Positions 26,486 to 35,908 of a stretch of 64,000 bases of DNA are shown here, one piece after another (position 1 is the stretch's first letter; the number at the start of each line of letters is the position of its first letter). Position numbers and translations under genes: made by a program. The notes beneath the pieces were generated by a model. That model made no database searches, was not told the DNA's origin, and saw nothing but the letters and a program-made list of their open reading frames with translations. This DNA is from Thermoplasmata archaeon (lineage in GTDB: Archaea > Thermoplasmatota > Thermoplasmata > Lutacidiplasmatales > UBA184), in NCBI GenBank assembly GCA_052326445.1, contig JBKQNC010000014.1, positions 12,470 through 76,469 of the forward strand, read 5' to 3'.

Positions 26486-27438
26486 CTCGACGGTTCGAGA
26501 CCCCCAGTACTTCCGCCTTGCGACCCGGGGGCCGAGCTTCCCGTTCCGGGTTCGGCCGGAAAGTGGCGCCCCAGCCATTCCACGACGGGGCCGGACGACC
26601 CCGGCGGAAACCGGGCGTGGAGGCCACCTGGAATGGTGAAGAACTCCTTCTGAGGGCAGCTCACCTGGTCGTAGAAGGCCTGGGCCGAATCGACCGAGAA
26701 CAGTTCGTCGCGATCCCCGACCCCGACCAGCACGGGGATGTCGGTCCGTCCCCGGATCGTGAGGTTCGGGGCGTCGATCCGGTTCCGTCGCAGCATCCGG
26801 ACCACCGCGCCGGCGCTCATCCCGTAGATCGACGAATAAAAGCGCGCCGAGTAGCGGAAGTTGAAAAGCGGGTTGTCGCGCCCCGTCATCCCCGGACGAT
26901 TGTACTCGATCAGGCGGCTGCGCCGGAAGATCGCGATCCCGAGGAGGGCTTTCAGCGCCGCTCCCGGAGTGGGCTTCGCGTAGGCCCCGGGCCGCACGTC
27001 CCGTCCGAAACTGAGGAAGATGAGACCGGCCACGCCGCGCGGGCGTTGGTTGACCGCCACGACTGCGGAGAACGCGCCGAGACTGTGTCCCAGCACGACC
27101 ACGCGCGCGTACTTCCCGTTCAGAACGGCGAGGGTCTCCGACAGGTCCTTCGCGAGCCGCTCACCGCTCGGATAGTCGCCGCGGATCCCATCGGAAAGCC
27201 CGTGCCCCCGCAGGTCCAAGCCGAACACCTCGAAGCCGGCTTGGGCGAGTTCTTCCCCGATCAGCTTCCCGTAGGGCTCGCTGTAGGCGGTGATCCCGTG
27301 AAGAATGAGGATGGCGGGCCGGGCACCGCCCGCGCCAACCCAGTGCCGCAGGAAGAGGGTCGTTCCGTCCGAGGTTCGAACGAGTTCGTGAGGGTTCCGG
27401 GACTCCTCTCGCAACCGTTCCACGTCGGGAGTCGGCAC
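26467..27438 (-). CDS. Alpha/beta-hydrolase (lysophospholipase/monoacylglycerol-lipase-like)
   Basis: 323 aa; 'AILILHGITAYSEPYGKL', nucleophile elbow 'VVLGHSLGA'. Confidence 0.75.
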   Translation of the reverse strand: MPTPDVERLREESRNPHELVRTSDGTTLFLRHWVGAGGARPAILILHGITAYSEPYGKLIGEELAQAGFEVFGLDLRGHGLSDGIRGDYPSGERLAKDLSETLAVLNGKYARVVVLGHSLGAFSAVVAVNQRPRGVAGLIFLSFGRDVRPGAYAKPTPGAALKALLGIAIFRRSRLIEYNRPGMTGRDNPLFNFRYSARFYSSIYGMSAGAVVRMLRRNRIDAPNLTIRGRTDIPVLVGVGDRDELFSVDSAQAFYDQVSCPQKEFFTIPGGLHARFPPGSSGPVVEWLGRHFPAEPGTGSSAPGSQGGSTGGLEPSSAGRGT

Positions 27439-27492
27439 GGGACGGCGTATCCTCGAGCGACCGATAAGTCCGGTTAAACCCGTCGTTTCGAC

Positions 27493-28467
27493 CTAGGCGG
27501 GAACCGGGGTCGGGCAGTACGCCTCGGCGAGGTAATCGGAGATGTCCCGGATTTCGACGCCCTTCGGCACCACCCGGTTCAGGTTCGCGAGGCACAGAGG
27601 GCACGCGGTGACGACGTTCGGGTTACAGGCGGCGAGCTGCTCGACCCTCCGCCGAGCGATCTCGGCCGACTTGCCCGGGAAGAGGGTCTCGAGCGGCCCG
27701 CCGCAGCAGAACGTGAGCTTCCCCGAGAGCTCCGGTTCGTCGAGCGTGAGGCCCCCCTCCGCGAGAAGGCGGCGGGGCTGTTCGACGACCCCCTCGTAGC
27801 GGGCGTAGACACAGGAGTCGTGGATCGTCGCGGTCCGGTCGAGGTTCCTGAGTCGCTTCATCGGGCGCTCCGCGAGTACTTCGAGGTAGCTCTCGACGCG
27901 GACGTCGAACCCGGGCACGACCCTGGGATAGACGCTCCGCAGCATGTTGGTCGTATGCGGGTCGACCGTGATCGCCCGCTTGACCCCGTTCTCCCGGAGC
28001 ACCCCGGCGACGTACTTCGCGTGCCGAGCGAAGGCGGAATCCAGCCCCTCGTCGTGCGCGAGCGCGCCGGTGTAGAGGTCCTTTTCGTACAGATACCCGA
28101 AGTCGACCCCCGCCGCCCGGAGGAGGCGGGTGATGTTGCGGAGACGCTCGTTGTAGGCGCGCCGTTCGCCCGCGGTCGTCCGGGCCATGAACGGCGTGAG
28201 GTTGACGATCTTGTTCATCGACCGCGCGACGCCGAAGAGCCAGCCGTACGCCGAGTGCTCGAACTTGGCGAGCTGGCGGCTCATGGCGTTGATCGTCGGG
28301 ACCATCTGCCACATCTGGCCGGTGTAAAGGACGGTCTCCCCTCCGCGCGGGAGGTGGAGCCCCTTCGCCCATGCGGTTGACGTGCGTCGGCTGAGGGGGA
28401 GCGCGCTGCGGCGCTTGCGCAGGTTGTCCCCGAGCATCCCGAGCGTGCTCTCGATCGGAACCGGCAT
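27493..28467 (-). CDS. HdrB-like CCG-domain (Fe-S)-binding protein (heterodisulfide reductase subunit B family)
   Basis: Two Cys-rich CCG regions: 'TIHDSCVYARYEGV' and 'LTFCCGGPLETLFPG...VVTACPLCLANL'. Confidence 0.75.
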   Translation of the reverse strand: MPVPIESTLGMLGDNLRKRRSALPLSRRTSTAWAKGLHLPRGGETVLYTGQMWQMVPTINAMSRQLAKFEHSAYGWLFGVARSMNKIVNLTPFMARTTAGERRAYNERLRNITRLLRAAGVDFGYLYEKDLYTGALAHDEGLDSAFARHAKYVAGVLRENGVKRAITVDPHTTNMLRSVYPRVVPGFDVRVESYLEVLAERPMKRLRNLDRTATIHDSCVYARYEGVVEQPRRLLAEGGLTLDEPELSGKLTFCCGGPLETLFPGKSAEIARRRVEQLAACNPNVVTACPLCLANLNRVVPKGVEIRDISDYLAEAYCPTPVPA

Positions 28468-28476
28468 GGATACCTC

Positions 28477-28785
28477 TTAGACCTCCACGAGGCCGTGGAC
28501 CTCGCGATTCAGGTAGTTCCGGAGCGTCCGGACGTTCTCCGCGATGTGGATCCCGGCCGGACAGTTCGCCTCGCACATCCGGCACAGGAGGCACGAGAAG
28601 ATCGTTTCCTCGTTCCCGAGGACCGCCTCGCGGTCGCCGAGAAGGGCGTACCGGAACAGCCGTCGGGGCAACAGCTCAAGCCCGAGCGGGCACAACGCCG
28701 TGCACGTCCCGCAGTTGATGCAGAGACGGGCGTCGAACTCCCCGCCGAGGTGGAGGTCGTCGAGGAAGCGGGTATCGACCTTCAT
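28477..28785 (-). CDS. HdrC-like 4Fe-4S ferredoxin-domain protein
   Basis: 'CINCGTCTALCPLG' and 'CLLCRMCEANCPAG' (two Fe-S cluster-binding motifs). Confidence 0.7.
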   Translation of the reverse strand: MKVDTRFLDDLHLGGEFDARLCINCGTCTALCPLGLELLPRRLFRYALLGDREAVLGNEETIFSCLLCRMCEANCPAGIHIAENVRTLRNYLNREVHGLVEV

Positions 28786-29033
28786 GTTCGGTCCCCGACC
28801 AGTTCATACCGGAAGTAGTCGTCCGCGCGTCCCTTCGGGAGGTCCCGAACCGTCCCGTACCGCCGCATCGCCATCACCCACAGCGTGACCTCGGGGACCG
28901 GGGCCCCCAGGGCGGCTGCGATCTCGGGGAGCGTCTTCGGACCCGCGCGCAGGGCCGCGACCACCCGGTCCCGCTCGACCATCCCGTCGCGCAGGACCTC
29001 GTGAAGGTCCCGGAGGGTGGCTTTCGACGTCAT
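28782..29033 (-). CDS. Small winged-helix-like protein embedded in the hdr-like operon
   Basis: 83 aa from the internal start M62 of ORF 28782..29216 ('MTSKATLRDLHEVLRDGMVERDRVVAALRAGPKTLPEIAAALGAPVPEVTLWVMAMRRYGTVRDL'). 4-nt overlaps on both sides. Confidence 0.4.
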   Translation of the reverse strand: MTSKATLRDLHEVLRDGMVERDRVVAALRAGPKTLPEIAAALGAPVPEVTLWVMAMRRYGTVRDLPKGRADDYFRYELVGDRT

Positions 29034-30760
29034 GCCGCCTCCTTGGCGAGCGCGTCGATCATGGCGGTGATCTGCGCGTTGGTGTACCCCTGGACGGAGA
29101 CGGCCTGCTTCGGACACACGGGCACGCAGGCGCCCTCGCCCTTGCAGAGGACGCGATTGATCTCGGCCACGCGCCGGTCCCCGTACTCGACGGGGCTGAC
29201 GGCACCGTAGGGGCACGCCTTAGTGCACTCATCACACCAGACGCAGAGGGTCGGGTCGACCTTCGCGACCAGGGGGTCGAGGTCGACGTATCCCTTCATC
29301 AGCAGCGCGCCCGCCTTCGCGACCGACGCGAGGACGCTCGTCACGCTCTCCGCCACGTTCTTAGGCCCCTGGGCAGCCCCCGCGATGAACACCCCGTCCA
29401 CGACGGTCTCGACCGGTCGGAGCTTGACGTGGATCTCGTGGAAGAACCCGTCCTGGCCGAGGGGCAGCTTCAGGACCCGGGCGAGCGCGTCGTTCTCCCG
29501 CGCCACCATGCCGGTGACCAGCACGACCAAGTCGGGGCGGATCTCGACGTCCTCGCCCCGCATCAGCCGGTCGTGGACCGAGACCCGGAGCCCCTCGCCG
29601 TCCCGCGTGACGGAAGGGAGCGAGTCCTCCCCGTAGCGGAGGAAGACGGACCCGGCGCGGAGCGCCCGCTCGTAGAGGGCCTCGTACTTGCCGTACGTCC
29701 GGATGTCCCGGAAGAGGTGGAACTGGTGGACCGACGGGTCCCGGGCGCTCACGACGGTCGCGATGTGGGAGGTCGCGCTGCAGCAGTACCGGGAGCAGTA
29801 GAGGTGCGGCCCCGTCTCCTTCGATTCCTCGCGGGAGCCGACGCAGTAGACGTAGGCGATCGTCCGCACCGGCCGCCCCCGATACACGAGCGGGCCCGGA
29901 TGGTTCGCGAGGAGCTCTTTGAACTCCGGGAGCGTGAGCACTCCGTCGAGGCCGTACCCGAACTCGCCCGTCGCCGGGGAGTACGGGTCGAACCCGGTCG
30001 CGACGACGATCGCACCGACCGTGAGGGCGATCGAATCACCCGTCGCCGTACGAAGGCGCACGCGGAACTCGCCGACGCGGCCCTCCTTCTCGACGAGCTC
30101 GGTCGAAAGATAGAGGACGACGTTTTCCCGTCGGCGGACCTCCTCGAGAAGCCCGTCGATCAACGCCCGCCCGTTCTTGTCGTTGGGGAAGAGCGAACCC
30201 CAACGGACGACCTGGCCACCGGCCTGCTCGGCCTTCTCGACCAGGTGGACGGAGATGCCGAGGTCCGAAAGCGCGAGGGCGGCCCGGAGGCCGGCGACCC
30301 CGGCCCCGACGATCAGGACCTTGGGGATCGTCTCGACCCGCATGCGCTCGAGGGGGGTCGAGAGCGCGGTCTTCGCGACCCCGGCCCGGACGAGCTTCAG
30401 GGCCTTCTCGGTCGCGGCGGGTCGGTCGTGGGTATGGGCCCATGAACATTGTTCCCGAATGTTGACCTGGGTGTACTCGTACGGGTTCAGGCCGGCCCGC
30501 TGGGTCATGGCCCGGAAGGTCGCCGTGTGCAGCTTCGGGGAGCACGAGCAGACGACGACCCCGTCCAGCTTTCTCTCGCGGATCTCCTGGATCACGGCCT
30601 GCTGCGCGGCGTCGGAGCAGGCGAACATCTGGACCTGGGTCGAGACGACCATCCCCTCTTTCGCGGCCTCCGCCCGGACCTTCTCGGTGTCGACGTAGTC
30701 GGAGATGTTCCCGCCGCACTGGCAGATCACGACCCCAATCCGTCGAGGGGGGTCGGTCAT
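29030..30760 (-). CDS. HdrA-like FAD- and Fe-S-containing flavoprotein (heterodisulfide reductase subunit A family)
   Basis: 576 aa; FAD fold 'KVLIVGAGVAGLRAALALSDLGISVHLVEKAEQAGGQ'; C-terminal ferredoxin motifs 'CVWCDECTKACPYGA', 'CKGEGACVPVCPKQA'; N-terminal Cys cluster 'VVICQCGGNI...CSCSP'. Confidence 0.8.
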   Translation of the reverse strand: MTDPPRRIGVVICQCGGNISDYVDTEKVRAEAAKEGMVVSTQVQMFACSDAAQQAVIQEIRERKLDGVVVCSCSPKLHTATFRAMTQRAGLNPYEYTQVNIREQCSWAHTHDRPAATEKALKLVRAGVAKTALSTPLERMRVETIPKVLIVGAGVAGLRAALALSDLGISVHLVEKAEQAGGQVVRWGSLFPNDKNGRALIDGLLEEVRRRENVVLYLSTELVEKEGRVGEFRVRLRTATGDSIALTVGAIVVATGFDPYSPATGEFGYGLDGVLTLPEFKELLANHPGPLVYRGRPVRTIAYVYCVGSREESKETGPHLYCSRYCCSATSHIATVVSARDPSVHQFHLFRDIRTYGKYEALYERALRAGSVFLRYGEDSLPSVTRDGEGLRVSVHDRLMRGEDVEIRPDLVVLVTGMVARENDALARVLKLPLGQDGFFHEIHVKLRPVETVVDGVFIAGAAQGPKNVAESVTSVLASVAKAGALLMKGYVDLDPLVAKVDPTLCVWCDECTKACPYGAVSPVEYGDRRVAEINRVLCKGEGACVPVCPKQAVSVQGYTNAQITAMIDALAKEAA

Positions 30761-33495
30761 GCGTGCACCTCCGCCCGCTTCAGGTAGGCGGCGATCTGGG
30801 CCGCGGCGGCCTCGGAGTGGAGGATCGTGTCCGGGATGTCCCGGACGGCGGTCGCGGACCCGATGACGAACACCCCGTCGAGGCTCGTCTGGCCCGGCTG
30901 GAGCTCCTCGTCGGTCTCGCGCACGTAGGAGTAGGCGTCCCTCGCGGGGGCTCCCTGCGGGAAGAGACGGAAGGCACCCTGGTTGGGCAGGAGACCGGTG
31001 GCGAGGACGACGAGGTCGTGCCGGGCCTCCTTCGGGCCCCCCTCGCCCTCGATGTCCTCGTAGTGGACGATCAGGTCGTTGTTCTCAGCCTCCTCGACGC
31101 GGGCGACCTTGCCCCGGCGGAAGTTGACGCTCATGCCCTTCGTCTGCTGGAAGAACTCCTCGTACCCCTTGCCGAACGCCCGGATGTCGATGTAGTAGAC
31201 CGTGACGTCCGCGAGCGGGAGGGCGCCCATCAGGAGCTGCGCCTGCTTCATCGAGTACATGCAGCAGACGCGGGAGCAGAGCCGGTTCCCGACCTGCTCG
31301 TCGCGCGAGCCGGTGCAGAGGACGAACGCGACGTTCGACGGGGCCTTCCCGTCGGAGGGGCGGACGACGGCATTGAACGGACGGGTCGGCGCGAGGATCC
31401 GGTCCATCTGGGGGCCCGTGATCACGTTCGGGAACCGCCCGAACCCGAACGCGGGCTTGAGGCGGGCGTCGAACGGGGAGAATCCGGTCGCGAGCGCGAC
31501 GGACCCGACCGAGACGGTCTCGTGGCGGGCGCGCATGCCGAGGTCGATCGCGTCGGCGGGGCACGCGGCGATGCACTGGCGACATTCGCAGCAGACCCCG
31601 CAGTCGAGGCACCGGTTGGCGCTCGAGCGGGCCTCCGCCTCCCCGAGGGCGCCTTCGTACTCGTCGAACGAGGCGAGCCGCTCGGCCAGCGGACGGCGGG
31701 GGAGCGCGACGGGCTCCCGCCGGGTCCCCCCGTCGCGGGCACGGGCGAGGACCGGGGCTCGGTCGGCGACCGGCAATCGGTCGTCGAACCGGACGCTGTC
31801 GGCGGGCACGCCCCGAAGATACCGGTCGATGGAGAACGCGGCCCGCTTCCCCTGCCCGATCGACGCGACGATCATGGAGGGGCCGGTGACTGCGTCGCCG
31901 CCCGCATAGACGCCCGGGACCGGGGTGGCGAGCGTCTCGGGGTCCACCGTGATGGTTCCGTTGCGCGCGAGGGGGAGCTCGGAGGCGAACGCCCCCGTAT
32001 TCGGCGCGAGTCCGATCGCGGTGATGACCACCTCGGTCGGGACGGGTTCCGACACGGTGCGGTCGAACGTAGGACGGAAGCGGTGCTCGGCGTCGAAGAC
32101 GGCGGTGCACCGGATTAACTCGATGGCCAGGACCTTCCGGTCGTAGCCCAGGATCTGGCCGACGCCCCAGGAGTTCGTGACAACGACCCCTTCGTCCTCG
32201 GCCTCTCGGACCTCCCAGGCGTGGGCCGGCATCTCAGGCCGGGACTCGAGGCAGAACAGCTTGACCGACCGGGCCCCAAGACGGAGCGCGCTGCGGGCCG
32301 AATCGATCGCGACGTTGCCCCCGCCGATGACGACCACGACCTTCCCGCGGAGGTCGGGCGGGTGCCCGTCGTTGACGAGGTGGAGGAACTCCATCGAGTC
32401 GATCACGCCGTCGAGAGCTTCGCCCGGGACCCCGAGCTTGCGCCCCCCCCGGTCGCCAGTCGCGACGAACACCGCATCGAACCCGGCGCTCCTCAGCTCT
32501 GCGATCGAGGAGACTCGGTGCCCGGTTTCGATCTGGACCCCGAGGGCGGTGATGTTCTCGACGTCACGTCGGAGTACCTCCTTCGGCAACCGGTAGGACG
32601 GGATCCCCCAGCGCATGATGCCCCCGGGCTCTCCATCGGCCTCGAAGACGGTCACGTCGTAACCGGATTTTCCCAGGAAGAACGCCGCCGAGAGCCCGGA
32701 CGGGCCGGAGCCCACGATGGCGACCCGATGGCCCCGGCGCTCGGCCGGGGGCCCGTACTCCGGACTTGGGTGGGCGGCGTAGTATCGGTCCGCCATGAAC
32801 CGCTTGATCCCGCGGATCGAGACCGTGCCCTCGAGCTCGGCGCGGGTACACTGCTCCTCACAGGGGGCGTAGCAGGCTCGGCTCAGGACGCCCACCAGCG
32901 GGGCGTCCTCTAGGTGTTGGCGGAACGCCTCGTCGTACTGCCCCGCACGGACCAGGGAGACGTAGCCATGGGGCTTCACGCCCGCGGGGCAGGCGAACGA
33001 GCATGGCGAGGTTCCCGTCCGGGTGATGACCGCCTTCTTCGGGACGGCCTGCGGAAAGGCGATGTGGGCCGCGCGACGCGCGGCGAGGTCGTAGTTGAAC
33101 TCGTCTGGAACGTTCACGGTGCACACGGGCTCGCACAACGCGCACCCGGTGCACTTCGCGGCGTCGATGAACTTCGGCTTCTGGGTCAGGTGGACCTGGA
33201 ATCCCCCTGCGGGTCGCGGCGTGATATCGTCGACCTCGGAGTAGACGAGCGCCCGCACGTTGGGGTGGTTGTTCACCGCCGCCATCTTCGGCGTGGAGAT
33301 GCAGCTGGCGCAGTCGAGGGTAGGGAACACCTTGCTGAGGAGGATCATCCGTCCCCCGACGGAGGGCTCCTTTTCGACGAGCAAGACCTTGAACCCCATA
33401 TCGCCGAGGTTGAGAGCCGACTCCATCCCCCCGACGCCGGCCCCGACGACGAGCACGTCGTAGTCGGGTTTCGGCCGCCCGTCGGACGCGGGCAT
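30757..33495 (-). CDS. HdrA-like flavoprotein with an inserted complete GltD/NfnB/SudA-type NAD(P)H-dependent FAD oxidoreductase module (912 aa)
   Basis: N-terminus 'YDVLVVGAGVGGMESALNLGDMGFKVLLVEKEPSVGGRM' plus 'CTGCALCEPVC'. Central 'HRVAIVGSGPSGLSAAFFLGKSGYDVTVFEADGEPGGIMRWGIPSYRLPKEV...KVVVVIGGGNVAIDSARSALRLGA...VYAGGDAVTGPSMIVASIGQGKRAA' is a GltD-like NAD(P)H and FAD domain. 'CLDCGVCCECRQCIAACP' then the HdrA C-terminal domain 'CTGSRDEQVGNRLCSRVCCMYSMKQA'. Confidence 0.8.
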   Translation of the reverse strand: MPASDGRPKPDYDVLVVGAGVGGMESALNLGDMGFKVLLVEKEPSVGGRMILLSKVFPTLDCASCISTPKMAAVNNHPNVRALVYSEVDDITPRPAGGFQVHLTQKPKFIDAAKCTGCALCEPVCTVNVPDEFNYDLAARRAAHIAFPQAVPKKAVITRTGTSPCSFACPAGVKPHGYVSLVRAGQYDEAFRQHLEDAPLVGVLSRACYAPCEEQCTRAELEGTVSIRGIKRFMADRYYAAHPSPEYGPPAERRGHRVAIVGSGPSGLSAAFFLGKSGYDVTVFEADGEPGGIMRWGIPSYRLPKEVLRRDVENITALGVQIETGHRVSSIAELRSAGFDAVFVATGDRGGRKLGVPGEALDGVIDSMEFLHLVNDGHPPDLRGKVVVVIGGGNVAIDSARSALRLGARSVKLFCLESRPEMPAHAWEVREAEDEGVVVTNSWGVGQILGYDRKVLAIELIRCTAVFDAEHRFRPTFDRTVSEPVPTEVVITAIGLAPNTGAFASELPLARNGTITVDPETLATPVPGVYAGGDAVTGPSMIVASIGQGKRAAFSIDRYLRGVPADSVRFDDRLPVADRAPVLARARDGGTRREPVALPRRPLAERLASFDEYEGALGEAEARSSANRCLDCGVCCECRQCIAACPADAIDLGMRARHETVSVGSVALATGFSPFDARLKPAFGFGRFPNVITGPQMDRILAPTRPFNAVVRPSDGKAPSNVAFVLCTGSRDEQVGNRLCSRVCCMYSMKQAQLLMGALPLADVTVYYIDIRAFGKGYEEFFQQTKGMSVNFRRGKVARVEEAENNDLIVHYEDIEGEGGPKEARHDLVVLATGLLPNQGAFRLFPQGAPARDAYSYVRETDEELQPGQTSLDGVFVIGSATAVRDIPDTILHSEAAAAQIAAYLKRAEVHA

Positions 33496-33921
33496 TCAGG
33501 CCTCCGCGGCGACCCCGGGGAACTCGGCGAGCGTCTTGCCGAACTGCTTCATGTGGTTGACGAACGGTTCCGCGCAGACCGAGCAGATCGCGGCCGTCTT
33601 GACCCGACCCGGCTCGAGACCCCGTTCCTGGAGACGGGCCTGGGCCTGGTCGACGATATGCCCGGTCCGGGCCACGCAATCCGGTAGGAACGCGCACTCC
33701 GCTCCGTCGGCCGCCACGAAGACGCCGTCGAACCCGGCGTCGATCGCGTGGACGATCCACGCCGGGTTGATCCCGCCGGAGCAGGGGACCGCGATGACCT
33801 GGACCGTCGCCGAGTAGTCCATGTGGGCGCTCCCCGCGAGGTCGATCCCCATGTCGGAGATCGCGTTCGTGGAGAACACCAGCACGCGCGGCCGCGGACG
33901 CGCGGGGCCCGGGTCGGTCAC
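33496..33921 (-). CDS. MvhD/FlpD-like (methyl-viologen-reducing hydrogenase delta subunit family) [2Fe-2S] electron-transfer protein
   Basis: 'RVLVFSTNAISDMGIDLAGSAHMDYSATVQVIAVPCSGGINPAWIVHAIDAGFDGVFVAADGAEC' matches the MvhD signature (PCSG...C). GTG start. Confidence 0.8.
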   Translation of the reverse strand: MTDPGPARPRPRVLVFSTNAISDMGIDLAGSAHMDYSATVQVIAVPCSGGINPAWIVHAIDAGFDGVFVAADGAECAFLPDCVARTGHIVDQAQARLQERGLEPGRVKTAAICSVCAEPFVNHMKQFGKTLAEFPGVAAEA

Positions 33922-34196
33922 TACTTGCCCCTTCGGACGTAGACGTGCCAGAGCCCGGCGGCCGGGAGGGTGCCCAGGTACTCATGGCCGACCTTCTTCG
34001 CCCAAAGCGGGACGTCCTCGGTCGTGCCCTCGTCCGACGAGATGATGTCCATTACCCCGTGCATCGGGACCGACGGGACCATCCGCTTCGCTTCCAACAG
34101 CGGGCCGGGGCAGGCAACGCCCCGGGCGTCCACGACCTTGTCGACCTTCAGGGCCTTCAGCTCCTCGATGTTCATGTTGGTTCCTCCGTGATTCAT
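33921..34196 (-). CDS. tusA: TusA-like sulfurtransferase (SirA/YedF/YeeD family, CPxP motif)
   Basis: 'DARGVACPGPLLEAKRMV'; the start may be M8 (34175). Confidence 0.7.
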   Translation of the reverse strand: MNHGGTNMNIEELKALKVDKVVDARGVACPGPLLEAKRMVPSVPMHGVMDIISSDEGTTEDVPLWAKKVGHEYLGTLPAAGLWHVYVRRGK

Positions 34197-34570
34197 CCGG
34201 GAAAGGGGGTCGGGGCGGCGAACCGGGTCGGCCCGACCGGGCGCCGACGCCGGGTCTCCGCGAGCAGGGCGCGGCGGACGATTTGGCAGCTTTTCGCGAG
34301 GATGGGGTTGCGGAGGCCGTAGCGGACCTCCCGGCCGTTCCGTTGCGCCCCGACGATGCCCCGGTCCTTCATCACGCGGAGATGCTGGGATGCGTTCGGG
34401 AGGGAGAGGTTCAGCCAGTCCGCGATCTCGGTGACCGTTCGCGGGCCCCGACCGAGCAGGTCGACGATTTGGAGCCGCTTCGGGTTCGCGAGCACGCGGA
34501 TCATGTCGGCCTCGAGCTCGAACCCTTCGGGGTCGAACGTCGTGGGCTGGGCGGGGCGGCGAGCGGTCAT
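34193..34570 (-). CDS. ArsR/SmtB family metalloregulator-like transcription factor
   Basis: Internal start M47 of ORF 34193..34708 (CAT at 34568-34570): 'MIRVLANPKRLQIVDLLGRGPRTVTEIADWLNLSLPNASQHLRVMKDRGIV'. Confidence 0.75.
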   Translation of the reverse strand: MTARRPAQPTTFDPEGFELEADMIRVLANPKRLQIVDLLGRGPRTVTEIADWLNLSLPNASQHLRVMKDRGIVGAQRNGREVRYGLRNPILAKSCQIVRRALLAETRRRRPVGPTRFAAPTPFPG

Positions 34571-34584
34571 CCGGTCCCGTGCCT

Positions 34585-35151
34585 CTAGATGAACAACGTC
34601 ATCCGGCTGCGGTCGGCGGCGTCGATGAACGACCCGACGTTCCCGTAGGTGATCCCGGAGATGAGCTCCTCCTTGTGGATCCCCATGAGGTCCATCGACA
34701 TCGTGCACGCGGTGAAGTGGACGCCTTGCTCTTGCGCCGACTTGATCAGCTCGGCCAGGCTCAGGACGTGCTTCTTCGCCATCTCCTTCTTGATCATCCG
34801 GGTGCCGAGGCCGGCCATCTTCATCTTCGAAAGCTGGAGGTGCTCCGGGCCGCGGGGCATCATGCGGCCGAACATCCCCTCGGTGACCGTCTTCTTCCCG
34901 TTGACGTGCACCGGTCCACCGCGGCGGAGCACGTTGAGCCCCCAGAACGTGAAGAAGATGTTCACGGGGAGGTCCATCGCGGCCGCGCCGTTCGCGATGA
35001 TCATCGCGGCGAGGACCTTGTCGAGGTCGCCGGAGAAGACCACCATCGACAGCCCGTTCTGCACCGGTGGGTTCGTCGCGGGTTCCTCGGTCGTAAGACC
35101 GAGGTCCTTGTGTAGGCCGGATTCGCTTGATTGGACCATTGCGCCTGACAT
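34585..35151 (-). CDS. DsrE/DsrF-like (DsrE2-type) sulfur-relay family protein
   Basis: 'LSMVVFSGDLDKVLAAMIIANGAAAMDLPVNIFFTFWGLNVLRR' and conserved Cys region 'HFTACTMSMDLMG'. Start taken at M21 (MSGAMVQ...) of ORF 34585..35211. Confidence 0.6.
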   Translation of the reverse strand: MSGAMVQSSESGLHKDLGLTTEEPATNPPVQNGLSMVVFSGDLDKVLAAMIIANGAAAMDLPVNIFFTFWGLNVLRRGGPVHVNGKKTVTEGMFGRMMPRGPEHLQLSKMKMAGLGTRMIKKEMAKKHVLSLAELIKSAQEQGVHFTACTMSMDLMGIHKEELISGITYGNVGSFIDAADRSRMTLFI

Positions 35152-35365
35152 CGTTCTACTCCTCAGGTTGCTTCCTTGCTCCTGCGGTTGCACACTTGCA
35201 GGATGATGCAAGCATGCGGAGCGACTCGCTAATACTCCCCGTCAACCCGGCTTGACTCCTCGAGCGGCGACCTCGGACACCTCGTCCCTCCCGCACGCGC
35301 GGTTCCCGGGGCCGACGGTATGCTTGAAGAACGACGCGCCTTTACGCGAACCGACAGGTGCGCTC

Positions 35366-35833
35366 GTGGCCTGGGTCTCGCTCCGGTACCGCTTCCGCCA
35401 AACGTTTCGCGTCCCGGCGCCGGCGGCGTATGCCTGGTGCACCGATTTCGGGCCGGCCGACGGCCCGCTCTTTCCCGAGCGGACCCGGCGGGCCATTCAA
35501 CGTCGGAGCGAGGACGCCCTCGTGATGGCCGACACGACGTACCCGCACCGCCGGCCGATTCGGATCCGTCGGCTCGTCCGCCTTTTCCCCGAGGAGAGGG
35601 CCTGGACGAACACTCATCTGGACGGTCCTTACGAGGGCTCGCAGTACTGGTACCGCATCGTGGCGGACGGCCCCCGAAGGTCCCACCTCGAGTTCCTCGG
35701 ACTCCGACTCGAGCAGCACCGTCGCGCGCTCTCCGCGACCGAGACGGCCCGCCGGGCCCGGGAATGCCAACGGCACGACGCCGATACGTGGCGACGTCAC
35801 CTCGCCCCCGCCTTGGAGCGGGACTCGTCCTGA
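35366..35833 (+). CDS. SRPBCC/CoxG-like family protein (paralog of 21341..21775)
   Basis: 'RYRFRQTFRVPAPAAYAWCTDFGPADG' parallels 'KRFSQTIRAPLGSVYRWCTDFSVDE'. Start assigned to an in-frame GTG (residue 39 of ORF 35252..35833); the exact start is uncertain. Confidence 0.5.
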   Translation: MAWVSLRYRFRQTFRVPAPAAYAWCTDFGPADGPLFPERTRRAIQRRSEDALVMADTTYPHRRPIRIRRLVRLFPEERAWTNTHLDGPYEGSQYWYRIVADGPRRSHLEFLGLRLEQHRRALSATETARRARECQRHDADTWRRHLAPALERDSS

Positions 35834-35908
35834 GGCCGCCCTTCGCGGGTGGGCCCCCCTCCGGTCAGACGTCCAAGACCGTTTCTCCTTCCGGTGGGTC
35901 GGGTCGGC

